From assembly GCA_038529885.1 (NCBI GenBank), contig JBCBDI010000001.1, positions 1 through 32,980 on the forward strand: 32,980 bases of DNA, in the 5' to 3' direction. Of this stretch, positions 27,001 through 32,980 are shown piece after piece. Numbering within the stretch: the stretch's first letter is position 1; every line of letters starts with the position of its first letter. The DNA comes from Pseudomonadota bacterium. Lineage in GTDB: Bacteria; Pseudomonadota; Alphaproteobacteria; Caulobacterales; Hyphomonadaceae. Position numbers and translations under genes: made by a program. The notes beneath the pieces were generated by a model that worked only from the letters and a program-made list of their open reading frames with translations, was not told where the DNA came from and searched no databases.

Positions 27001-28797
27001 TCGACCCTCGGCTCCAGCGGAACCGCCAGTGCGACGCTGACCGTCGAATCTGCCATCGCGCCAGCTTTCACCAAGCTCTTCGATCCAGATGAGATCGAAG
27101 AAGGGGCGACGACGCTCCTGACCTATACGATCGACAACTCGCTCTCAATGGTCGCCGCAGATGGATTGACCTTCGCTGAGACGCTGCCAGAGGGGCTCGT
27201 GATTGAGCGGTCTTCGAAACATGCCTCATCTTGCGGCGGCGCTATGACAGCCGCGGCGGGGGGATCGCAGATCGCGCTTGCGAACGGTACGGTCGAGGCG
27301 CAAGAAACCTGCGAGATTGCGCTAACCGTGCGCGGCACCGTGGACGGCCTGTTCACCGCGGTGAGTGGCGAGCTGATCTCAAACCTTGGTAATTCTGGGG
27401 TCTCGAGTGCGGACCTCTCGGTCTTGGATGTGACGCCGCCAACGGTTGTTATCACATCAGAAGTCGACAGCTTTATCGATCTCTCCGCCATCTTGGTGAC
27501 CTTCACGTTCTCAGAGGAAGTGACCGGGTTTGCGCTCGGCGATATTGTCGTCGGCAGCGGCAGTGCGGCAGGGTTCGAAACGGTCTCGCCATTGGTCTAT
27601 ACTGCGCTTCTGACGCCGAGCGGGCGCGGCGACATGACGGTGGATGTGCCAGAGGGCGTGGCGAATGACCTTTCTCGGAGTGCCAATGGTAATCTCGCTG
27701 CCGAACAGCTGATCCTCAAGAACGGGATCATCGAACTGACCCAACGCATGATCCGCAATTTCCTCACCGCCCGAATGGATACAATCGTCTCCAATGAGCC
27801 GGACCTGTTTGAGCGGATGACGCAGCGCGAGAGTGCAGCCAGTGGCGGCGGCTCAGGCTTCTCGGTGAACTATACCGCGGACTCGACCTATTTCTCCTTC
27901 AACTCGTCTCTGTCGGCTGCGAAAGCGAGCCTTGCCCAGCAGCCGCAGCAATTACCCTTTGAGTCCTCGATCATGCGGCGGACCGGCCTGTTCGGCGCGG
28001 GTGAGACCGAGCATGCCAGCCCCAAGACGACCAATTTCGATGTCTGGACCAAGGGCGTGTACGCGCACACGTCATTTGAGGACCGGCGGCGCTCGGAGAC
28101 TGGCATCCTCTATCTCGGGGCCGACTGGCTCCTCAACCCAGACCTGATTGTCGGGGTCCTCACCCAATTCGATTGGACCGATGAACGGGACCGCGATAGT
28201 GGGGTGGATATGGAAGGCTTTGGCTGGATGACGGGCCCGTATGCGATCCAGCGGCTGTCGGATCAGCTCATTCTGGATGGCCGGGTGGCGGCGGGACAAT
28301 CGGACAATAAGATCAATCCGATCGGTCTCTATCAAGATACGTTCAAAACCGACCGGATGCTGGCCTCAACGCAGCTCACTGGCGACTTCCAATCCGGCCG
28401 GTTTGTGATCAACCCGTTTGTCCGCGCCATCTATATGGAAGAGATCCAGAAGCTCTACACGGATACACTCGGCAATGAGATTGGCGAACAGACCGTGTCG
28501 CTCGGGCGGGTCAATTTCGGACCGAAGATCCGCATGGTGATGCAAGCTGAAGACGGCACGATGACGACGTCGCCTTATATCAAGCTGGAGGGGCTGTATG
28601 ACTTCCGCGGTGGCCAGCGCCTAGATGCCGAAGGCTTGCTGATCGACGAAGATCGCCTGCGCGGGCGCTTCACAGGCGGCATGAATCTCACCTCCGTCGA
28701 GGGCTGGCGGGTAGCGATTGAGAGCTTCCTTGATGGCATCGGCCAACAGGATGTGGAGTCCTATGGGGCCAGTATCAATCTCAGCCTGACTTTCTAG
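21064..28797 (+). CDS. Giant autotransporter-domain surface protein/adhesin (P-domain-like tip, 14 DUF11/DUF7933-like Ig repeats, Ig domain, C-terminal beta-barrel)
   Basis: Signal peptide; ISPAGTRV...GENAKGTWTLRI (proprotein convertase P-domain hallmarks); repeats APxFxKxF..TLTYTIDN..FTD..NQCGG..SCTI; DVTPPTV..FTFSEEVTGF Ig domain; helix TQRMIRNFL; amphipathic strands from FDVW to a terminal Phe (SLTF). Confidence 0.88.
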   Translation: MVKWDGLKGLRKWGKTCAALGAMLVVGLSGAGLQAAAQDERVYDFTYQGASLPYVYNSRVVKSGNAESDLEFTFEVTEDFVIDYVSFVLEAFLLNVGYNRIDIISPAGTRVKILENACGAAQQSVVLGEPIYEPDTSRLSVFPQPNDPRFLANLYPANKQIPSLAIDGPGKPLRYEFADDGSRVGSAKSTIPQIPLSDNGVCTDRFASPPTWPGPSEPGVSSGWGKLGAFATLPQDVYSPQLGENFERLRGENAKGTWTLRIRTSTDFSVETRLRHPEFQNLDINAWQLNYRIISSAQLVFSEQATPPELTLEFEPNQVSLNETTELVMTIDNPNSDEGVTDIEFTAPGFRPLSTLGLELASTTPTRNTCGASVEAVAPTSVRLASDRSSPVNPGEDRITVRNATVSPRASCEIAVPLRATIVGALPLMSSSVSSSRGAFGGDQAELIVADERNFQVRHEFSRSELRVGENITHTITFDNTQSTIPAENIRFYIEYPFGIDHVQGARPIVSGLCNWDLWSDGVYQFGTRNYDDNFSGSPPATTVPAGKTCTVTMEGVGVINRADWRTYRTAVGHGPAKTFGFNDGVAFSEVLEAIAVRVGNLDRVALNAAIAGVDLPLGEATELVYTIDNYSDFDPVSDLQFTTNLPVGVSVNDTVVPTTTCGGSVSQDVAANSITLSGGALTPMQSCEVRVSVRGTALGFKTVSSSELSTSRGTFAGADAFIEVKTATSFAMAFDPNPLTVGDAGELVYEISNETDSLTTGLAFSHELPSEVFIMAPTAVRNACGGTLSANDTTGIISLTGGVVSGNTVCEIAIPISSILAGSYFSETSALSTSKLAAASASDTITVIARDATNPALTFSSLFNSDDIRLGQSSTLTYTIQNTAAARAESLAFTDMFQTGLIVDLNATALTNQCGGTFTAVTGQDNVSLVGGGLDGGATCTISFGVTPQAGGDFQTSSSDLTSSLGTTPPASASLMVETPVAPSFSKAFDPDTIEQGGRTTLTYTINNSTALVPANSLGFSDTFADEVLVDLSQAVVDNQCGGTFAAVDGDTEVSLTGGSVAAGATCTITLDITSAVAGSYTETSEALSSTLGDSGTASATLSVNSAGAPIFTKEFDPDVFEQGAGTTLTYTIDNSGALVAASGLNFTDTFPTNLVVDVSVAALDNQCGGTVVATDGSGSVSLNLGTVGAGQTCEISIGVRSDEDGTYNRPSGDLTSSLGTSAGAQDELIVEPADAPTFSKVFTPNQVMQGGGSTLTYTIDNTGALVAASGLGFTDTFPTNLIVDLAQAPLDDQCSGTLTAADGSGTVSFSGGTVPAGASCTLSLGVRSDVTGVYDSTSGPLSSSLGQSDGAADTFSVTDAAAPAFSKLFDPDTIIQGALTSLTYTIDNSASLVAAANLTFTDNLPNDVVLDFTQTPLDNQCGGTLVAASGTNEVSLSGATLAAGGTCTIKVGLRSDVADVYRSSSGGLTSSLGQSGSAQATLTVNGAAAPSFAKLFDPNSITQGGLTTLTYTIDNAGALVSADDLTFTDIFPTGLEVDLSQTPIANTCGGTVTAQTGGSTVVLTRGSVGTGASCTITLGVTSAVAGTLDSDSEELTSSLGDSGTASATLTVTGANAPAFTKLFNPNPIVQGGLTTLTYTIDNSAALVPAEGLDFTDAFPSDLLVDLSQTPIDNQCQGTVTAVTGTGQVSLSNGSVAAGASCTITLGVTSAAEGSIDSVSGLLDTSLGQSPGASATLTVDGADAPLFAKVFTPDQVLQGAVTTLTYSIDNASALVAAEDLAFTHTLPADLFVDLSQNAADNQCGGTLTATDGSAEVSLTGGSVAAGQSCTITVDVSSAVAGDYDSASNELTSTLGSSGTATASLTVDTAQAPAFTKVFAPDQIVQGAKTVLTYTIDNSNSLVPADNLEFTDAFPADLLIDLSEAPIDNQCGGALTASPTDGEVILSQGLVDAGASCTITLGVRSDVAGSYDGESEELTSTLGSSGTASATLTVESAIAPAFTKLFDPDEIEEGATTLLTYTIDNSLSMVAADGLTFAETLPEGLVIERSSKHASSCGGAMTAAAGGSQIALANGTVEAQETCEIALTVRGTVDGLFTAVSGELISNLGNSGVSSADLSVLDVTPPTVVITSEVDSFIDLSAILVTFTFSEEVTGFALGDIVVGSGSAAGFETVSPLVYTALLTPSGRGDMTVDVPEGVANDLSRSANGNLAAEQLILKNGIIELTQRMIRNFLTARMDTIVSNEPDLFERMTQRESAASGGGSGFSVNYTADSTYFSFNSSLSAAKASLAQQPQQLPFESSIMRRTGLFGAGETEHASPKTTNFDVWTKGVYAHTSFEDRRRSETGILYLGADWLLNPDLIVGVLTQFDWTDERDRDSGVDMEGFGWMTGPYAIQRLSDQLILDGRVAAGQSDNKINPIGLYQDTFKTDRMLASTQLTGDFQSGRFVINPFVRAIYMEEIQKLYTDTLGNEIGEQTVSLGRVNFGPKIRMVMQAEDGTMTTSPYIKLEGLYDFRGGQRLDAEGLLIDEDRLRGRFTGGMNLTSVEGWRVAIESFLDGIGQQDVESYGASINLSLTF
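21982..27423 (+). repeat. Intragenic tandem array of 14 Ig-like modules of about 127 aa
   Basis: The TYTI/TYSI codons recur at 24073, 24454, 24835, 25216, 25597, 25978, 26359, 26740 and 27121 (exact 381-nt period) and at 23695 (378 nt earlier). Four more diverged units lie upstream. Confidence 0.92.
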
Positions 28798-28838
28798 ATG
28801 AAGGGCAGGCTATGCGGTCTCAACCCGACGAAAAGCGA

Positions 28839-30110
28839 CTAGCGCCGATAGGCAGGTGGTTTGTCGCTCTCGTCGAGATTGAGATAGCGATCGCGCAGCT
28901 TGGTCTGGCGGCTTTCCAGCGATTGGGCCTCGCCATCGATGAAGATCGCGGTCGGGGCGCTCGTCACTTCAAGCGGATCGCCATCCCAGATCACCAGGTC
29001 CGCGACATTACCGCGTTCGATTGAGCCATAACCCTGCAGGCCATAGATGGCGGCAGGCACGACGGTCATCGCCGCGAGGGCATCGTCAAAGCCAACGCCA
29101 TTGGCCACCGCATTGCCCGCCGATTGCAGCACCAGCCGGGCCTGATGGCCGCTATCGCCGAGATGTGCAAAGGCGGTCGGGACACCGGCCTCGATTAAGC
29201 GTTCCGCATTGCGGCTGGTCGCGCCCAATTGGGCAAAGCTCGCGGGCAAGTTTGAGAACGGATCGACAATGACGGGAATGTTCGCCGCGGCGAGTTCATC
29301 CGCTACAAGCCAGCCCTCATCAGCGCCAACAATCGCGACATCGAGATTGAGGTTCTGGGCTTTCAGCTCGATCACTTTGCGCAAGTCGCTGGCGCGGTGG
29401 GCCGCGACCAAGATCAGTTGCTGGCCGCGCACCGCTGGGCCAAAGGCCTGCGCGTCGGCGCGTGTGAGCGTGTCGCCTTCATTGTGCGCCATGAACCGGC
29501 CGGGATAGCCGCGTGCATCGGCAAACGCCCCGCGCAACGCGGCCCAAGCTGCTGGACGCGATCCGCCGGCCAAGCCAGCGCCGCCTTCGCCGAGATCGAT
29601 ATAAACAAAGGCGCGATCATCGGTGACCGATCGCGGCGCGCCGGATGTATTGGCAACAAAGCCTTGTCCGGCAATCATCGAGCCGCCATTGGCGGGCGCG
29701 ACAGCGATCCGCGTGACGCCTTCAATGCGGGTCACAGCCACAGGCGTGGCGGCCGGGTTAAAGCCATCCACAGCGCGCAGTGCGACCGAGAATGCCGTGC
29801 CGCTAGCATTGGTGTCATTGGTGCTGTCTTCAGCGCCGACTTCGACGGTGCCGGTGCGAGCGAACGGCGCGATAATGCCAGGCGTGACCCAATTTCCATT
29901 CGCGTCGATCAGTTCGGTTCCGCTCGGCGCTGCGAAATTCACGCCGAGGCCAGCGATCTCACCATCGCTGATATAGACGGTCGCATTGTCCAGCGTACCG
30001 GCTTCCGTACCGGTCCAGACCTTAGCGTTGACGATGGCAACGTCTTCGGCTGAAGCCGCGGCGGTGAGGGCCAGGAAGGTGGCGGCGGAGAGGAGAGTCT
30101 TGCGGATCAT
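28839..30110 (-). CDS. Secreted amidohydrolase-family protein with degenerate metal site
   Basis: Signal peptide; IDANGNWVTPG and GSIERGNVADLVIWDGDPL. The HxH motif is replaced by APFARTG. Confidence 0.88.
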   Translation of the reverse strand: MIRKTLLSAATFLALTAAASAEDVAIVNAKVWTGTEAGTLDNATVYISDGEIAGLGVNFAAPSGTELIDANGNWVTPGIIAPFARTGTVEVGAEDSTNDTNASGTAFSVALRAVDGFNPAATPVAVTRIEGVTRIAVAPANGGSMIAGQGFVANTSGAPRSVTDDRAFVYIDLGEGGAGLAGGSRPAAWAALRGAFADARGYPGRFMAHNEGDTLTRADAQAFGPAVRGQQLILVAAHRASDLRKVIELKAQNLNLDVAIVGADEGWLVADELAAANIPVIVDPFSNLPASFAQLGATSRNAERLIEAGVPTAFAHLGDSGHQARLVLQSAGNAVANGVGFDDALAAMTVVPAAIYGLQGYGSIERGNVADLVIWDGDPLEVTSAPTAIFIDGEAQSLESRQTKLRDRYLNLDESDKPPAYRR

Positions 30111-31516
30111 TTCAGGTCTCCTTCGCCAGGTTGGCCGAGTTCGAAATCCATCACTGGGGTAAGAGCCGGGTTGCCACGCTCATACATCAGCGCGCCATCA
30201 ATAAAGACTTTCTCAGCCTGGCTATAGACGCTGAACGGATCGCCGGACCAAAGAACCACGTCTGCGGCTTTGCCGGCTTCCAGGGACCCTGTTTCTTCGA
30301 AGATGCCGAGCGATTTTGCCGGATTGGCGGAGAGCCATTGCCAGGCATCGGCGTCGGAAATCTCGATCCCGGCGCGACGGCCATCAGAGAGGGCTTTGGC
30401 GGCCTCTTGGTTGAGGCGTTGAATGCCAATGTCGCTATCGGAATGCACAATGGCGCAGGCCCCGGCTTTGTGGACCATAGGGATGTTTTCCCGCACGCCA
30501 TCATAGGCTTCCATTTTAAAGCCCCACCAGTCCGCCCACATGGCCGAGCAGGCGCCATAATCGGCGAGCTTATCGGCGATTTTATAGCTCTCAACGGCAT
30601 GGTGGAAGCTGGTCACTTTGTATCCAAACTCCTCGCTCATATCCATGATTTGCGCCATCTCATCGGCGCGGTAGCAATGCATATGGACCAGGATGTCACC
30701 GCTGAGTACGCCCATCAGCGTGTCGAGTTCTAGGTCGCGGGCCGGTGGGTCGCCGCCTTCTTCAGCATACTTGTCCCATTTGCGTTTATACTCGACCGCT
30801 TTCGCCCAAGCGGTGCGATAGCCGGCAACATTGCCCATGCGCGAATACGGCGCGCCGCCAGGAAAGCGACCGCCGCCATAGCCATAGACCCGCTTCGGGT
30901 TTTCACCGCAGGCCATTTTCAGCGTATAGGGCGCGCCGGGGAATTTCATGCCTTGCACAGTGCGCGACGGGACATTCTTAAGCGTCACACCGCGCCCGCC
31001 AAACAGATTGGCCGAACCCGGCAAGATTTGCAGAGAGGTTACGCCCGCCGCCAAGGCTCGCGGGAAGCCTGGGTCTTGCGGCCAGACGCCATGTTCGGCC
31101 CACACCTCGGCTGTCACCGGCGCACTGATTTCATTGCCATCGCCATGGGCGCTGACACTCGGACTTGGATAGACGCCGAGATGCGAGTGATTGTCGATAA
31201 TGCCGGGGGTGACCCATTTGCCGGTGGCATCGATCACGGTCGCGCCATCTGGCGCGGCAATCTCTTCAGCCACTTGCGAGATTTTGCCATCGACCAGGAG
31301 GACATCGCCCTCCAAGATTTCGCCGCCAATCCCATCGAGCACAGTCGCATCCTTGAGCAGCGTCGCCGTGGACGGGTAGGGCGCATAGGTCGACGGATAC
31401 GGATTGCGATCAATCTCAACCTTGTCCGACGCCGCGCTCTCATCGCTGGACGAGCCGCTCCCACACGCCGCCAGCACCACTGCAGCTGCCGCTGCAGTGA
31501 AATAGAACCTTTTCAT
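30107..31516 (-). CDS. Lipoprotein metal-dependent amidohydrolase
   Basis: Lipobox LAAC; PGIIDNHSHLG (HxH), LKMACGENP (Lys), HMHCY, HHAVE, HSDSD and GSLEAGKAADVVLW. Confidence 0.93.
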   Translation of the reverse strand: MKRFYFTAAAAAVVLAACGSGSSSDESAASDKVEIDRNPYPSTYAPYPSTATLLKDATVLDGIGGEILEGDVLLVDGKISQVAEEIAAPDGATVIDATGKWVTPGIIDNHSHLGVYPSPSVSAHGDGNEISAPVTAEVWAEHGVWPQDPGFPRALAAGVTSLQILPGSANLFGGRGVTLKNVPSRTVQGMKFPGAPYTLKMACGENPKRVYGYGGGRFPGGAPYSRMGNVAGYRTAWAKAVEYKRKWDKYAEEGGDPPARDLELDTLMGVLSGDILVHMHCYRADEMAQIMDMSEEFGYKVTSFHHAVESYKIADKLADYGACSAMWADWWGFKMEAYDGVRENIPMVHKAGACAIVHSDSDIGIQRLNQEAAKALSDGRRAGIEISDADAWQWLSANPAKSLGIFEETGSLEAGKAADVVLWSGDPFSVYSQAEKVFIDGALMYERGNPALTPVMDFELGQPGEGDLK

Positions 31517-31658
31517 ACCTCACCTACATTGTCTTATCCGCGGCCAGTGTGTCGCGTTCAGAGGGAGATGCAAGGGATAATTTGCTGAGTTTGCCCGGGT
31601 GAGGCGCAAGTTTATTGCGCGCAGGTCAGGTTGCCCGTCCTAAATCGCTTGGGTCCAC

Positions 31659-32570
31659 TTAAGCGTAGAGCAGGCGCACGCAGGTCTCTGATTTCATATC
31701 AAGTTCAAACGAGACCGGGGTCGGCGCTGTTCGTGGTCCGCGGCGAGTGACGGCTTTGTGGACGCGCGCAAAGGCGGCCTTGCCGAGGGTTGCCGGATTG
31801 AGGTCATTCACCGCTTTCGGAGAGAGGCGCAGATTCTTGCGCAGGAACGAATTGGTATAAATCGCGTTCGCATTGACCAAGGCCTTCATAGTCATGAACT
31901 CGCAGGAGAGCGAGACGTTCACGCAATTGGCGTTCTGGATCCGGTGGGGCGACAGCTGCGGCCAAGTGATGGCCTTTCCGGGTGTGAGGTCAAAGACGCG
32001 CGCGCCCTTATCGAAGGCGTGCTTGTAGGGAAGATCTTCCTCCCGCGTCATATGGACAATGTCTTCAATATAGCTTGGCGGCGCGTAGGTCTCTTCGGTT
32101 GGGTAGATCCAAATTCGCTTCTGTCCGCGCAGCTGGAACAAAGAGACCATCGGGATATCCAAGTGATATTGGACATGCACGTTCGGGGACGAGATGAGCA
32201 GGCCCATATCGCGCTTGGTGATCCGGCGACCGGACGCCTCTTCGACGCTGTCGAAAATCTCATCGGCAATCGGTTGCAGCTCGCCCAACTCATCGCTGGC
32301 GCGGCGCAGATTAAGCCAGATGCGGCCATTTTTGACCGCTTCCAGAATGTCCTTACCGCTCATTTTGGGCGCGCGCCCACGCATTGCGGGATGTTCGCCC
32401 TCGCGGTTTGAAGAGAAGGTCCAAATGTCGAGCGATTGGCGCGGATAGGCGTCCAACAGGTGGGCCAGGCCGTCATCATTGAAGACGTTCGACTCATCAA
32501 TAGAGTGGCTGGCTTGCAGGATTTCGTGCCCGAAGGCGCGTTTAGAGTGATCTGGCCAGTGCACCGACAT
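31659..32570 (-). CDS. JmjC/cupin-like Fe(II)/2-oxoglutarate oxygenase-family protein
   Basis: YHLD...QLRGQKRIWIY...FDLTPGKAITWPQLSPHRIQN gives an HxD...H triad; GAGGA RBS. Confidence 0.8.
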   Translation of the reverse strand: MSVHWPDHSKRAFGHEILQASHSIDESNVFNDDGLAHLLDAYPRQSLDIWTFSSNREGEHPAMRGRAPKMSGKDILEAVKNGRIWLNLRRASDELGELQPIADEIFDSVEEASGRRITKRDMGLLISSPNVHVQYHLDIPMVSLFQLRGQKRIWIYPTEETYAPPSYIEDIVHMTREEDLPYKHAFDKGARVFDLTPGKAITWPQLSPHRIQNANCVNVSLSCEFMTMKALVNANAIYTNSFLRKNLRLSPKAVNDLNPATLGKAAFARVHKAVTRRGPRTAPTPVSFELDMKSETCVRLLYA

Positions 32571-32659
32571 GGGACATCCTCAGCATGATACGCGATTGAT
32601 CATGTGCGGGATGCAAATCTGGGTCCAAATTCGCTTTTGGGGCGAGGTGTGCGCGTTTG

Positions 32660-32848
32660 CTAGACGTCGAGCTCTTCAGCGAAGTGCGCATTCTCTTGAA
32701 TGAAGCGGAATCGGTGCTCGGCTTTTTTACCCATTAGCGTGTCGATCAGCTCTGCCGGTTTGGCTTCTGTGAGCTCATCAATGCTGTCTGGTAGCGTGAT
32801 CCGCGCGAGGGTCCGGGTTTCCGGATTCATGGTCGTCTCTTTGAGCTG
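32660..32848 (-). pseudogene. parE: 3' fragment (last about 62 codons) of topoisomerase IV subunit B, lacking its upstream portion
   Basis: [19 protein letters not shown]...LMGKKAEHRFRFIQENAHFAEELDV*. Homology stops abruptly at 32848. Confidence 0.8.
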
Positions 32849-32980
32849 GAGTTCAAGCCAAACCAAAAGGTCGAGCTCAGCCGCTTTAAGGGCCTCGGTG
32901 AAATGAACCCGTCACAGCTCAAAGAAACGACGATGAACCCGGAGACCCGCAGCTTAGCGCGCATTACCCTACCGGACAGC
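32849..32980 (+). other. parE: Second, oppositely oriented internal parE fragment running off the window end
   Basis: My translation from 32849 is [59 protein letters not shown] is ParE-type. It is absent from the ORF track. Confidence 0.85.

Noticed and set aside
23695-27423. Periodic repeats as CRISPR, DGR or non-coding array
   Set aside because: The period is 381 nt, in frame and with synonymous divergence. No spacers, cas genes or reverse transcriptase are present.
31604-31620. GCGCAA-N5-TTGCGC inverted repeat, and a weak hairpin at 32575-32613
   Set aside because: The stems are short, have no U-tract and could occur by chance, so no function can be assigned.
32849-32866. ORF-track start MVWLEL for a 68-aa protein
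   Set aside because: These codons are the antisense of the plus-strand parE fragment, not a real N-terminus.
32783-32980. Shufflon or invertible switch swapping ParE C-termini
   Set aside because: Inverting the 66-nt spacer would still leave no 5' parE or start codon, and no recombinase is visible.

Overview
A 33 kb, roughly 60% GC alphaproteobacterial chromosomal segment. The gene style, the tRNA-His type and a CtrA-like site suggest Hyphomonadaceae/Caulobacterales (inference). Left to right it holds: a 5'-truncated alpha-2-macroglobulin with pbpC; an EthA-like flavin monooxygenase; tRNA-His(GTG); an omega-3-type fatty acid desaturase; infA, a PaaI thioesterase and maf; a PapD-like chaperone and secreted partner with no usher; a Cys-based phosphatase; a Met-rich lipoprotein; several membrane proteins; a CoA-transferase; a DUF2336/SpbR-like protein converging on a degenerate EAL protein; a Nudix/crotonase pair; a 2577-aa autotransporter-type adhesin with 14 Cys-paired Ig-like repeats; an active plus degenerate amidohydrolase pair; and a JmjC/cupin protein. 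The right end has two diverged parE 3' fragments joined back to back. No integrase, transposase, CRISPR array or rRNA was seen. The best candidates for new biology are the usher-less chaperone/subunit pair, the modular giant adhesin, the omega-3-like desaturase and the SpbR-like/degenerate-EAL locus. The parE junction is striking but may be an assembly chimera. All family calls are from motif recognition by eye; no searches were run.
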